Shown: piece by piece, positions 22,739 through 37,642 of the stretch
Numbering within the stretch: position 1 is the stretch's first letter
Layout: every line of letters starts with the position of its first letter
Assembly (NCBI GenBank): GCA_949358305.1
Contig: OX442314.1
Location: 1,984,001 to 2,048,000, forward strand
DNA: 64,000 nt
Direction: 5' to 3'
Source: Strigamia acuminata
Taxonomy: Eukaryota
Notes under the pieces: generated by a model
What the model saw: the letters and a program-made list of their open reading frames with translations, nothing else
Databases searched by the model: none
Told to the model about the DNA's origin: nothing
Position numbers and translations under genes: made by a program

Positions 22739-23781
22739 ATGGCGAAGTCGTCGAATGATAAAACGAATTCAGAATCGTGTCTAATTTCATACACGAAATA
22801 CCCATGGGCAGATGGTCGCGAATTTGCAGTGGATAAAATAATTAGCTTAGATGAGGATGTGGTATAAACTAATTTCTTAATAATTAGTTTTATTTTAAAA
22901 GAATTATTTAATCGAGTTGTTTCCGCAGTTCACCATTGGTTGGGCCCCGAATGCCGATTGTTCACTCGATTCGCCGATACTGTCGCGCATACATTCAGTT
23001 TTCACCAAATGGAACGGCGTGTGGCACGTTAAGGATAATAATGTACGAAATAATGAATTTACGATGAGAATTGTTTAATGAGTTCATTTTTTAATAATTC
23101 ACAGAGTGAAAACGGAGTTTATGTTAACGGCGTAAAATTGGTAGCGCGCGAGCAGACGCCATTGCAAGATGGCTGCTCGGTTTGTTTTGGCGAGAAAACA
23201 CCGGACGAAGAATTATTTTTCACTTTCACCGAAAACAAAGGTTTCTCTGGCGGCGACAAGTTGAAGAAAGAAAACGAGAGATTGGAAAAGGAAGTCGAGC
23301 ACTTCCGGAATGAATTATTGCAACGAGAGAGGAAAGCGGAAGAAAATCTGCACGAGAAGCAAATTGAATTCGAATTAATGGCAAGAAAAAAAAGAAAATA
23401 CAAAAGTCAGAGCGAACTCCTGACGAAACTCAGCTCGGTGCTCGAAAGCGAACTCGAGTGCTGGATTTGTTCGGAAATGATAATCAAGGTGACTTTCATT
23501 TTTGATTTTGATTTTTAATTATATTTAATTTAACGTTGCAGGCTGTCGTGTTGAATTGTTCGCATTCGTTCTGCTCGTACTGCGTCAGCGAATGGAAGAG
23601 AAAAAAGCCTAAATGTCCGCTTTGTCGTACGAAGATCACGAGTGAAACTCCGTCGCAAGTTTTGAACTCAATAATCGATAATGTGGTGGAGACGTGGTCC
23701 AGCGAATTGAAAAGCCAGCGTGAGCAGTTGTTGCAAACTAGATTGGTCCATCAAAATCGTGCAGTTGAAGATGAAGATTAA
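22739..23781 (+). CDS. RNF8-like E3 ubiquitin ligase (FHA, coiled coil, C3HC4 RING), 4 exons
   Basis: Exons ~22739-22861, 22929-23043, 23105-23488 and 23542-23781. FHA: FTIGW..LSRIH..WHVKD..SENGVYVNG. RING: ELECWICSE..LNCSHSFCSYCVSEW..CPLCR. Confidence 0.85.
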
Positions 23782-24489
23782 AATGAAGATGAATACCAAT
23801 ACTTAGAGTTGGGGCTCGTGAGATATGATTGTTTCGATGAGAATTGAAGAGAAAAAAATCTTTTGTTTTAATCATTTTATCAAATTCTATTTATTTTTTT
23901 CTAACTTGACATAACCAGTATGTAGAATGAATATTTTTTTGTCACTCAAAATGTGATAAATAAAGTGTTCTCACATTTATAACTTGTAAGTGAAGTCTGT
24001 ATGTCGAATCTGGAACTATTTTAACACAATTCTACATTTTGTTTCGCTGTTTTAATTGTATAATTTGAGGTCAATTAAAAGTTCTCAAGTTTGCATTTAA
24101 AGTTTCTTAGAATGCATAATTAATCAAGAAAGTTAACAGCATTAAGTATCAATTTCTTACACAGAAAAGCAACTGTAAATTTTTCTTGTCCGACGAAAAC
24201 TCATTAACGATTCTAAAGATGCAAAAGGAATAAAAGGAAAGATTCTTCTTGCCATTCGCAAATTGAATGCACCTAATATGTCTAACTTATCTACCGGTAT
24301 CTATATGTTGGACACACGCTGACTATACTAAATATTTGAAAAACAACGCCATCTATTGGACGTAAAAGCAACACACGATTCCATTTCAACGGGATTTATT
24401 TCCAAAAATTTCAGCCAAAAATTCAGAAGTAATTTTTCCTAGGCTCTTTATTACAACGCCCCGCGCACTAACGTCACCTTTTGAACCCA

Positions 24490-27400
24490 TCAGTTTGAAA
24501 AAAATACGGAAATAATTGCAGCTTTAATTTGCAATTGTAATACACACATTTTAATCATCATTATTAATAATAATAATAAATTAGAAAAATGGAAAAGAAA
24601 TGACATAAACTCGTTATCGGAATGTCTTTTTTGCGAGCTAATTTCGTTTCTTCTTCGGAAGAAAGAAAAAGGAATTAATGTACGCATCGTGTCACGACGC
24701 AACATCTTACCTGTTCGACCGAACAGGCGCGCGAGGTTTCCCACAATTCTTGCGCGATTTCGATTTTTCCTTCAAATTTTCGCATTCCGTACTTTCGCGC
24801 GTGCGTTTTGCCGACCTTAAAACCCTTTAAAAAATATAAAAGAATACGATTTAGTACGCGGTACAATTTCCGACCTCTCTTCTCACCTGTCGGATTGAAC
24901 GGGCGTGCAAGGTTTGCGATTGACCGGCGTTTTCGCTTGACCAGCGTCTTCGCTCTCCGATTCTTCGCTTTTCTTCGCTCGCGCTGCGGTTTCGCCCACG
25001 TCTTTGGTCAAATCCAGCTTGCGGTCGCCTCCGAAACCTTCTTTCGCGAGTCCTTCCTTGAGAAAAGCGCGACAGCCGTCGTAGTCCGGAGTTTCCTCGA
25101 AGCCCAACGCCACGACGTGCTCGAAGAGGCGTCGGAGACCCGAACACGGAGTCGCATCACCGTAACAGTCGTCCAACAGTTTCGGAACGTCGTTCAAGTA
25201 TCTGTTTAAAAACAAAATTCATAATTATATACTCCGTATTTCGTTGTTGGTGGTTGAAATCTATATAAATAAAAATGTATGTTCGTTTGTTCAAAATCTT
25301 AAATCTCCGAAAGTACTTCACCGATTGCTTTGAAATTTTGACACAACATTGCATTCGAATAGGCGCATGTTCTTGCTTCCATACTACATGGATTTCTCAC
25401 CTGTGACAGGTAAAAAAAACATGCTTTTGTTTATAAACAGCTGTTGAAAGTAAAAGCAACATATGCTGTACTAAATATTTGAAAAACAGTGCCATCTGTT
25501 GGTCGTAAAAGCAACACGGGATTTATTTCCAGATTTCCACAGGATTTTATTTCCACGAGATTTTATTTCCACTGGATTTTATTTCCACGGGATTTTATTT
25601 CAACGAGATTTTATTTCCACCGGATTTTATTTCCACGGGATTTTATTTCAACGGGATTTTATATCCTCGGGATTTATGAACCATGGGATTTATGAACCAT
25701 GGTCTTGCCAGTTACAGCTAGTATAAATAATAAAAGAATCACTTGTTTTTTTGAGTTTCGACCGCTTCGCAATCGTCCAGTCCCGCCGCGGCCTCCCACG
25801 GTAGTTTACCGCTTGACCATTTCAACATGGTATACGCTAACATTTCCAAGTCCGCGCGACGAGTGAACCCTAGAAAATATTTGTAAGAAATTAAAAATAC
25901 AAAATACAAAGCTTCAAATTGGCGCCGGGGTCCGTTTAAGCGTCCGGGGATCATAAAAATCACTAGCTGCATTCAAAAATTAAAATAACAATTTTAGTTT
26001 AAGTGTATTTTAAGTTTTAACATGGGTGTAAACAGGAAATGATGTCATTTCTGGTTTAAAATTGAAGTAAAACACAAAATATTTTAGTTTATGAATGCAG
26101 CTACTGTTTTTTCAAAAATCAACAATTTTTCCAAAAAAAAAAGCCCGCCCAATTCAATTTTTCATCAAACTTCCAATTTTTTGTTTAAAAAATCAAATAT
26201 TTCCTTTGAAAAATCGAATATCTCATCAAAAAATTGAATGAAACATCAGAAAATCAAATAAAACAACAAAAAAATCAAAGATTTCATGTAAAAATCGGGT
26301 CTCTAATTGTGCATCTGGGAGCAATTAGAGGGCCACGTGCTATTTACATAATTTTCTATTCCAGCGCGCAATTAGAGGCCCCGTACAGTGAGAAGGTATA
26401 CGGCAAACACCCGAGCGTTTATTTGAAGCTTTCGAAGCATTTTATTTGTGTATATTTGATTGATTTACTGCCGAGGTGCGCGTCGCGACTAGTGAATTCG
26501 AGTGTGCCGAAGTGCGCCCAGTCCGGATTCGGTTCGATCGGTTTGTGAGTGCCGTCGCCTTTTAAATACGGAAAGGCAAGTCCGAAGTCGACTAAATACA
26601 CCTGGCGAACAAATGTTGGTTGAAATACGTGAATAATTAGATCGATGAGCGCAAATACATACTTGATCGCAACATTCGAGGTCGACGAGTACGTTCGACG
26701 CTTTGATGTCGTTGTGGACGCTCCCACAGTCGTGAATGTATTCCAAAACATCCAGCTAGGAAAAATTAATAAATCAATTCAATTCAATTTATTTATTTAT
26801 TTTTTACTTACGATTTGAATTCCCAAATTGAGAACGGCTTTGGAAGACAATCTTTTGCCATTTTCCGCCCAAACGTTCTTCAAGTTGTTTCCGAATCGTT
26901 TCAGCACAAGAAATCGATAAGACTTTCCGTCAAATTTGTCCTCGCCGTATGAAAACAATTTCGGCATTCCAAGGAACTTCAATTTCCGCTTGGTTTTCCA
27001 TTCTTCGACTTAAAAGGAATTTATTTTTTTGATCAATAAACGGTTCGTGTTGTGTTTTTAGATATGAAAAGGTTGAAAAAACGTTTTTGTTGCGTTTTTA
27101 ATTTTTAAAATAAATTTAAAAACGTTTCTCTTTGTGTTTTTAAATTTAAAAAAAATAAAAAAAACGTTTTGTGGTTTTAAAACTTAAAAAAAAATGAAAA
27201 AAATCGTTGTCTGTTGCGTTTTTAAACTTAAAAAAAATTTCAAAACGTTTTTGTTGCGTTTTTAATTTTTAAAATAAATTTCAAAACGCTCTTCATGTTT
27301 ATAAATTTAAAAAAATGAAAAAAACGTTCTGTAATGCGTTTTTAGATTTAAAAAAAAATTATAATCGTTTTTGTTGCGTTTTTAATTTTTAAAATAAATT

Positions 27401-28109
27401 TTAAAACGTTTCATATCGCGTTTTCAAACTTTAAAAAAAATTAAAAAACGTTCTGTGTTGCCTTTTAAAACTTAAAAACGTTTCATATTGCGTTTTTACA
27501 CTTAAAAAAAAATAAAAACAACGTTCCATGTATCGTTTTACAACTTAAAAAAAATAAAAAAAACATTTCCCGTTTCCTTTTTAAATATAAAAAATAAAAA
27601 TTAAACGTTCGTGTCGCAATTTTCCTTTACTTTCTTCCGTCGTGCCAAAACGATTGTAAAATTTCATCTCGTTCCCGGACGCCGCGCTACTGCTAAGCTC
27701 CTACAAAACAACCAAACCAAAAAATAAACATTCCAATAATAACAATCCAACACTCGAAACGTACGACTTTAATCGCGTATTCGGCTCCCGGTTTTGCGCA
27801 AACCAACTTTGGCCGATCGCGCCCTAGAAACCACATCATGGGCGAGTTACTCGAACCTAACAACCAACAAATCAATCAATAAATCCATCCACCAATCGCA
27901 TTTCACCTAACAATCATAGATCTCGGCGCATCCTCCGACTCCGATGGATTTGCCCAGGATCCACGGCTGTTGCAAGAAATCCGTCAAAACTTGTCCGGCT
28001 GGCAACTTCAATCGAACGTCATCACCTAAATCGATCAAAAACATCCATTTATCAACTCGCTCGAAACGTTAATACCGACTCCCACACCTTTCTCTTTATC
28101 GCGCGACAT
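24490..28109 (-). CDS. VRK/NHK-1 family kinase paralogue B; 3' end uncertain
   Basis: ATG 28109 (MSRDKEK). Motifs [54 protein letters not shown] and [10 protein letters not shown]. Exon structure parallels paralogue A. No BAF exons. Confidence 0.85.
25260..25721 (+). mobile_element. Non-autonomous Helitron-like element in a VRK-B intron, with internal tandem repeats
   Basis: 5' TCTATATAAATAAAAATG, 3' CAGCTAG, inserted between A and T. Shares its 5' region and GGGATTT(T)ATTTCCAC repeats with the copy at 47148-47914 and a fragment at ~24330-24405. Confidence 0.75.
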
Positions 28110-28367
28110 TTTCCGCTCGATTTGATTGTCATCGGCGCGATAACAACGAGCCTATTTGAATATCCCGACCGGTCGGCGTTAACTGACGGCCATTATGAGT
28201 ATCGGCTTTGTTGCGGACTTCGTTTGCCACCTGGCGAGCGCACGGAGTAATTACAACGGCTTCGACCGGGCGTTATGAGGTGATCGCGACCGGTTCGGCG
28301 TGGTATTCAACATTCAAATCTGGGAAGCGGAGCAGGCTCTTTATCGGAGCCGTTTTCGTGAAGACAA

Positions 28368-30603
28368 ATGTTGCGCAAAGAGAAAAAAGGTGAGTTTTGT
28401 CGATTAAAACGAGTTGGGTGAATTAGGAAATTGGTTCGTTTGCAGTGCGGGCGAAAGCGGCCAATGGGCATCAACTTGCCGAGCACATCCCAGCGGGACA
28501 AGTTTTCACGGATCTGCACAAACAAAGCTGGATTTTGGGCCAATCCATCGGAGTTGGCGGCTTCGGAGAGATTTACAGCGGTAAAAACCGTTCAATTTTG
28601 CGAGGAATATTAATTAGATAGACCGGTTTGGTTTCAGCTTCCAACGACTTGACGAGAGCGGTCGGGCCTCGCGCCGAGTTTGTCATCAAAGTCGTACGTT
28701 GCATTTTTTGGGTTTAAAATGACGAAAATATTTTGTTTTTTTAATTTTTTTTAAGGAACCACACGCTAACGGACCCTTGTTTTCGGAAATTCACGCTTAC
28801 CTTCGTTTGGGCAAAACGGAATCGAGTAATTAATTTTTTTAATTTTTTTAATTTTTTTATTTATTTTTGTATTTTTTTCAATTTGAAGTCGACGAATGGA
28901 AGACGGCGCGGAAATTGAAGTTCCTCGGAATGCCGAAGTTCCTCGGGTCCGGCTCGCACGACTACGACGGGAACAAATACCGGTTTATGGTCATGCAACG
29001 ATTCGGGAACGATTTGCAGAAGTTTTGGACCGAAAACGGCAAGAAATTCTCGACGAAAACCGTTCTCAGTTTAGGAATTCAAATCGTAATAATTATTGCA
29101 ATTATTGCAATAACAAATAAATATAAATTTAAATATAAATTTAAATTTTAGCTCGACGTTTTGGAATATATTCACAATTGCGGCTACGTGCACTGCGACA
29201 TCAAAGCGTCGAACTTACTCGTCGGCTTCAAAAGTTGCGAGCAGGTGTATTTAGTCGATTTCGGACTGGCGTGCCGCTACGTGTCGGCCGAAGGCGTCCA
29301 CAAACCGAACAATCCCGACCCCAAAAAGGCGCACGACGGCACGATCGAATTCACCAGTCGCGACGCGCACGTCGGCAGTAAAAAAAAAAAATTTTTGCGA
29401 CGTAAAAACGATAATTTATTCACGTTTTTCACATATTTCTAGAATTTTCACGCCGCGGGGACTTGGAGATCCTGGCGTACAACATGTTGCAGTGGTCGTG
29501 CGGCAAATTACCGTGGGAGAAAGATCTGAAGAATCTCGAATCGGTTAAAACTCAAAAAATCGAGTAAAAACTGTCACGAAAAAATTGTTAATTTAATTTT
29601 TAATCGTTTGATAAATTTTTTTTTAGATATCTTAAAGACGTTCCGAGACTTTTCGACGAATGTTACAGGAAAATGGCGCCGTGTCCGGGTCTCAAACGGC
29701 TTTTCGAGCATGTTTTGGCGCTGGGATTCGACGAAATCCCCGATTACGACTTCTGCCGTCGGATTTTGCGGGAAGCGCTCGCTAAAGCCGGTTGCAAAGA
29801 CGACGGCAAATTAGATCTGAAGAAAATCGTGGTCGATTCGCCGCGGTTGAAACGGGGTGCCGCAGATTCGCCGCGATTGAAGCGGGGTGCCGTGGAATCG
29901 CCGAAATTGAAGCGGGGTGCCGCGGAATCGCCGAAATTGAAGCGGATTGTTTCTGCTCCGGTGAAAATAAAAAGGGTAATTGAAGCGAGTTGAAATTGAC
30001 TGATGTAAATTAAAAAAATTGATTTTTTTGCTAAAAAATTGAGGTTTTTGCTTAAAAAATTGATTTTTTTGCTAAAAAATTTATTTTTTTGCTGAAAAAT
30101 TGATTTTTTTTGCTAAAAAATTGATGTTTTTGCAGGAGACGAAACGAACGTGTCAAAAGATGGAGACTAGTGAGAATTCGAGTGAAGTGTTACCGGTTGC
30201 GAAGCCCGTGCGCTCTAGTTCGCGCAAACCCTGCGCACTGGCTCAATCAAACAGGTAAAAATTAATAAAATTAATAAAATTAATGAAATTAATTTAATTT
30301 AATTTAATTTAGGGTGACGAGGTCATCTTCTAAGATCGAAAAGAGCATTTGTTCCACTGTCACGGACATTCCAACTCCGGCGATGATCGAAATCATGGAA
30401 ATAAAGCGAAAGAAAGAAGACGCCAAATTAGCAAAATTAGCGAAAAATAGCAAAACCGTTAAAAGGTCAAGTCTGGAGTCAAACAAAGGTGAGAATGTGG
30501 ACAAATAGCGAGAAATATTGGATGATTAACGATGAAATTTCTATTTTTTTTAGGAGGAAAGCGAGTAAAGAGGAATATTGAAATTAGTCCCGACTTATTT
30601 TAA
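28368..30603 (+). CDS. VRK1: VRK1/nucleosomal histone kinase-1 (NHK-1/ballchen-like), canonical copy
   Basis: [82 protein letters not shown]-terminal PTPAM and SPDLF*. Confidence 0.92.
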
Positions 30604-31045
30604 TTTATTTTACATTAACTGAAATGAAATACATCATCTGTAATAAATACTGTCTTCCTGGTGATTCATTTAATCATTTTAATTATAAAAACACACAAAC
30701 CAATCGATAAATCGAGCGCGAATCAATTATTACAATTATTTATCATTCAAAACGCATTTTTATTACAAATTCTAAAATTTTATATAAGACGGAGGGAATT
30801 TTTGTAATTTTTCTTAATTTAATGCTCTAGTTTATGGACAATTTTATTTCTTATCAAAATTACAACGTACGAACGACAATGGAATAAATATCGTAATGGA
30901 TACACATAAAATGGTCTCGTAAAAACAAAAATTCAATTCGTAATTCTAAAAACCAATTGAAAATTTACCGATTACAAACGTCAACAAACTACTTTAGTAT
31001 TAATGACAGAAGAGTTGAAACGATCGCGGCATTCCCTCGCCCGGG

Positions 31046-32783
31046 TTAAGCGGAACTTTGCTGGCCATTTTGGTTCTGTGTTTGCTCGAACTGGCTTTTA
31101 TTTTTTAGCAGATATGTTGCTAAATATTCGATCGGATCCGGTGGCCTGCAGGAAATCATTAAAAGTTGAAATTCATGAAAAAATCATTTAAAAAACCATT
31201 GAAAAATCGTTAAAAATCTTGCAAAAACATCCGAAATCTTTCAAAATCGTTAAAAATCTTGCAAAAACATCCGAAATCTTTCAAAATCGTTAAAAATCTT
31301 GCAAAAACGTCCGAAATCTTTCAAAATCGTTAGAAATCTTGCAAAATCGTTAGAAATCTTGCAAAATCGTTAGAAATCTTGCAAAATCGTTAGAAATCTT
31401 GCAAAATCATTAAAAATCTTGCAAAAATAATTTAAAACCTCGCAAAATCATTAAAAATCTTGCAAACTCATGAAAAATCTTGCAAACTCATAATAAATCT
31501 TGCAAAATCATAATGAAATCATGGAAAATCATGAATCATGAGTCATAAATCATAAAAACTCATGAAAAATCTTGCAAACTCATGAAAAATCTTGCGAACT
31601 CATAAAAAATCTTGCAAACTCATGAAAAATCTTGCAAACTCATAAAAAATCTTGCAAACTCATGAAAAATCTTGCAAACTCATAATAAATCTTGCAAAAT
31701 CATAATGAAATCATGGAAAATCATGAATCATGAGTCATAAATCATAAAAACCCATGAAAAATCTTGCAAACTAATGAAAAATCTTGCAAACTCATGAAAA
31801 ATCTTTCAAACTCATGAAAAATCATGCAAAATTAAGAAAAATCTTTCAAAATTAAGAAAAATCTTTCAAACTCATGAAAAATCATGCAAAATTAAGAAAA
31901 ATCTTTCAAAATTAGAAAAATTTTAGCAAAATTAAGAAAAATCTTGTAAAATTAAGAAAAATCTTGCAAAATCATAATGAAACCATGGAAAATCATAATG
32001 AAATCGTGGAAAATCATAAATCATAAATTATGAAAAACCATGCAAAATTACACAAAACCCTTGCAAAATTATATAAAAAACCATGCAGAATCATACAAAA
32101 ACCATGCAAAATCTTTCAAAAACCATGCAAAATCATACAAATACATAAAAAATCATAAAAAAATCAACCAATCAATCAATTAATTCAAATATGTCGGCTC
32201 GCGCACCGTTCTTTAGCTAACGTCGACAGCGCTTGTAGAAGAATTGGAACGACTGTTTGGTCGAGATACTGTCTCGTTGGAAGCGATTGCAAATCTAACC
32301 GTGGCTTCTTAGCAGGAATCTCTCCCGACGTCTCTTTCTCCGCCTTCGCCACTTTCTACAAATCAAAACCAATTCCATTAACCATCACAACTTCAAATCC
32401 CAAAAACCAAAAATACTCTACCTGCAGACTTTCCGTCAATCCCGCCTCGTTCGCCGCATTTTCGGCGACCACGGGGTCCACCACGGCGTCCGATTTCGCC
32501 TCAGTCGCGGCTGCATCGGCGGTGGCTGTCGCCGCCTGGTCTAAGCCTAAATAACGCGAGAAAAAGTGAAAAAGTTTCAAATCGGCGCCCACGGAAAAAG
32601 CGCCGTGCAATTCGACAAATTTTACACATTTATTGCTTTAAGTCGGGTAGGAAGTGAGCATTTCTAATTGGGACTGGTTGAATATCAGTTTAAGGTTTTG
32701 CGATTCAACGTTTAGTCGATGTGGGCGCCAAAATCGCATCGAAATTTCACCACAAGTTTTATTTACTTACTAGCATCCGCCAT
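31046..32783 (-). CDS. DPY30: Protein dpy-30 homolog (COMPASS subunit), 4 exons
   Basis: [49 protein letters not shown]. Exons at ~32771-32783, 32422-32547, 32207-32355 and 31046-31145. Confidence 0.93.
31190..32160. repeat. Intronic ~20-bp degenerate minisatellite (AAAAATCTTGCAAACTCATG-like)
   Basis: Tandem array fills the last DPY30 intron. Confidence 0.85.
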
Positions 32784-33119
32784 CTCTAATCGTAATTTCA
32801 AACGATTTCCAAGACAACAATGCAAGCCAGCAAATAGTTGGCTCGCTTAATCGCGTCATGTGACCATCAAACGTCCAATCACGGTTCACGTCTTTGTGCG
32901 ATTGCGGGTCATCTAAACGCAGACCGAAACATTCTGAAATTAATACTTTTTTTAAACATGGATCGTCGCTTGTAGTGAAGAAATTTTTTTTATATCGTTG
33001 TGCAATGAGTAGATAAGTAAATTAATAAAGTTATTTTTGTTGAGTTTTAATTTTCCGACGCTAGCGGCAGAAAGATACCGCGGCTTTTTCTCGCACTCGT
33101 TCAATCAGCGATCTGGATA

Positions 33120-33681
33120 ATGGAATTGGAAGACACCGATAGATTAACCGAATTTGTAGAGAATCACGGGGACTTTATACAACAAGTAAATATTTTAAAC
33201 AAAAAATTAAACAGAAATAAGGATAAAATTTTTTATTTCAGATAGTTCTTTTGATTTGGTTGAGCAACGGTCAAAAATACGAAGATTTATACGATGTGGT
33301 GACGGGTGTGAAAACCTGGTACGAAATGAAGAAACATTTGGAAAACGGAGAAGGATTCGAAGCACTTAAAGTTGGACTCATGGGCTGGTTGCACACCGGC
33401 TTCGGGATGCAGGGGGTCATCCAGCAGAGCGTCACGTCGACAAATCTTATAGAGAACTTGTCCAAGAAACTGCTGAGAGACGACGAAGTCGAGGAACTTC
33501 GGGTTTGATGATTGAAATACAAAAAATTCAATTTTTAACCATTTTTTAATTTTTATAGAATAAAGCCATATTAAACATTACCACGTTTATTCAGCAAAAC
33601 CCGAATGCGGGCGAAGAAACGTTGCGAAACGTCGTGTTGCAAGAGGTTAATTCGTTCGCAAACGATGTTAGCGGCATTTAA
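33120..33681 (+). CDS. Hypothetical helical protein (~150 aa), 3 exons; paralogue of the next gene
   Basis: Exons 33120-33185, 33242-33502 and 33559-33681 join in frame (MELEDTDRL...DEVEELR|NKAILNITTFIQQNPNA...GI*). AATAAA follows at ~33814. Confidence 0.7.
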
Positions 33682-33867
33682 AACCCATTTACACTTTACA
33701 CATGTGTTTTTTTTAATTTATTTATGTATTTATATATTTTTTCTATTTATTTATTAATCAATTAATTTATTCATTTATTTATTTATTTATTTATTTATTC
33801 TATGTACGCACGTAATAAAAGTATTGAATAATTAAATTGGTTAAATAATTCGTCACAAGACGGCGCT

Positions 33868-34814
33868 ATGTGTCGGCCATTGGTAGAGTTAACAACATCT
33901 CGACATCACCGAGTGATCTTACGACGAACATCTCTTTAGGTGTTGACACGGTTATCAAAAAGTTCCAATTCCCATGTTGTAATGTCGAAACAATTAGATT
34001 TCTTATCGGAGGTATAAAATAGAATAATATGCTTGGAATGGTAAATTTTTAATCCTGTTGTGTAATCAGCTGGCGATGTTGGCGTGGACGTTGAAGGGCG
34101 ACGAAGCCAAAGGCGCGGTGCAAGTGGTCACTGGATTACAAGTGGTTTTGGGCGCCTGGAACAGAATAACCAGACAAGACGACATCGATTTACTTCGGGT
34201 GAATTCATTGTTTCGATTCTCGGGTTTTTTTAATCAAGTTTTTTTTTTATATTTTTTAAAGTTTTTAATTTTTTCTCTCAAATTTTGTCCATTATTATCA
34301 ATTTTTCTCGCTCTTGCTCAAATTTTGCTCGTGTGCTCAAGTTTGCACAATTTTGCTCAAATTTGCATAATTTTACACAAATTTTGCTTAAATTTGCACA
34401 ATTTTTGCTTAAATTTGCACAATTTTTGCTTAAATTTGCACAATTTTTGCTCAATTTTACACAATTTTGCTCAATTTTACACAATTTTGCTCAATTTTAC
34501 ACAATTTTGCTCAATTTTGTTCAAATAGGCATAATTTTGCTCAAATTTGCTCAAATTTGCTCAAATATGCATAATTTTGCTCAAATTTGCTCAAATTCGC
34601 ACAATTTTGTTCAAATTTGCACAAATTTGCTATGATTTTGAAGGATTTTGCTAAATTTTGCTCAGTTTTTAAATAAATTTCCGTTTTTCAGGAGGCGACG
34701 TTGCTGTCCATCGTCCAGTTTATTCGAAGCAATCCGAAAGCGAGTCCCGATGAAATCCGAACCGAAGTCGAGACCCAAGTCGAATTATTTACCGCTCGTT
34801 TATCCGCGCTGTGA
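33868..34814 (+). CDS. Hypothetical small protein (~110 aa), 3-4 exons; paralogue of the previous gene
   Basis: In-frame exons ...MSKQLDFLSE|LAMLAWTL...DDIDLLR|EATLLSIVQFIRSNPKASPDEIR...SAL*. The start codon is uncertain (33868 or ~33982). Confidence 0.65.
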
Positions 34815-35182
34815 AACCTTTAATAAATTCCATTTAATTTGCTCAAATTCTACCAAATAATAACCAATAATAAATAACAAATACAAAGATAATAATTGCA
34901 TGACTTTTAATCCATTTATCCACTTTTCGGTAATTATATTACATTACTCCTTAAAAAAACAAAAATAAACTTCAGCCATTTTTTTGTACAGGAATGTTTG
35001 TGCAGATTTGTTATAATAAAAGTTTTATATAAATTTTATTATTGTAAAAAGAAATATAATTATTAAAAATTAAGTTAAATACTTTGTGCGTATAAAATTG
35101 TTCAGGTACCTGTCCCTAACACTAGAAAAATACATAAAAAATCCTCTAAATACAAAAATATTTGTCATTTTCTCGGTAAAAA

Positions 35183-37411
<2,229 letters not shown>

Positions 37412-37642
37412 TCACTCTTTCCTTTTCATCCTCTGAAACCCACAACGATTAAAACAATCATTAAAAACGTCGCAAAACACTCACCACGATCATGGTGGTC
37501 ATTTTACTTGCGTGACGTAGCCATTTGACCTTAACATTTCTCCGAAGGTTCCATTTCCCGTCGCTAGTCGGCGCCGATTGCGAGCTAGACTCGTGTCAAA
37601 TGTAGGTGTGTTTATAGTCTTACAACACAAGATCGCGAGGAA

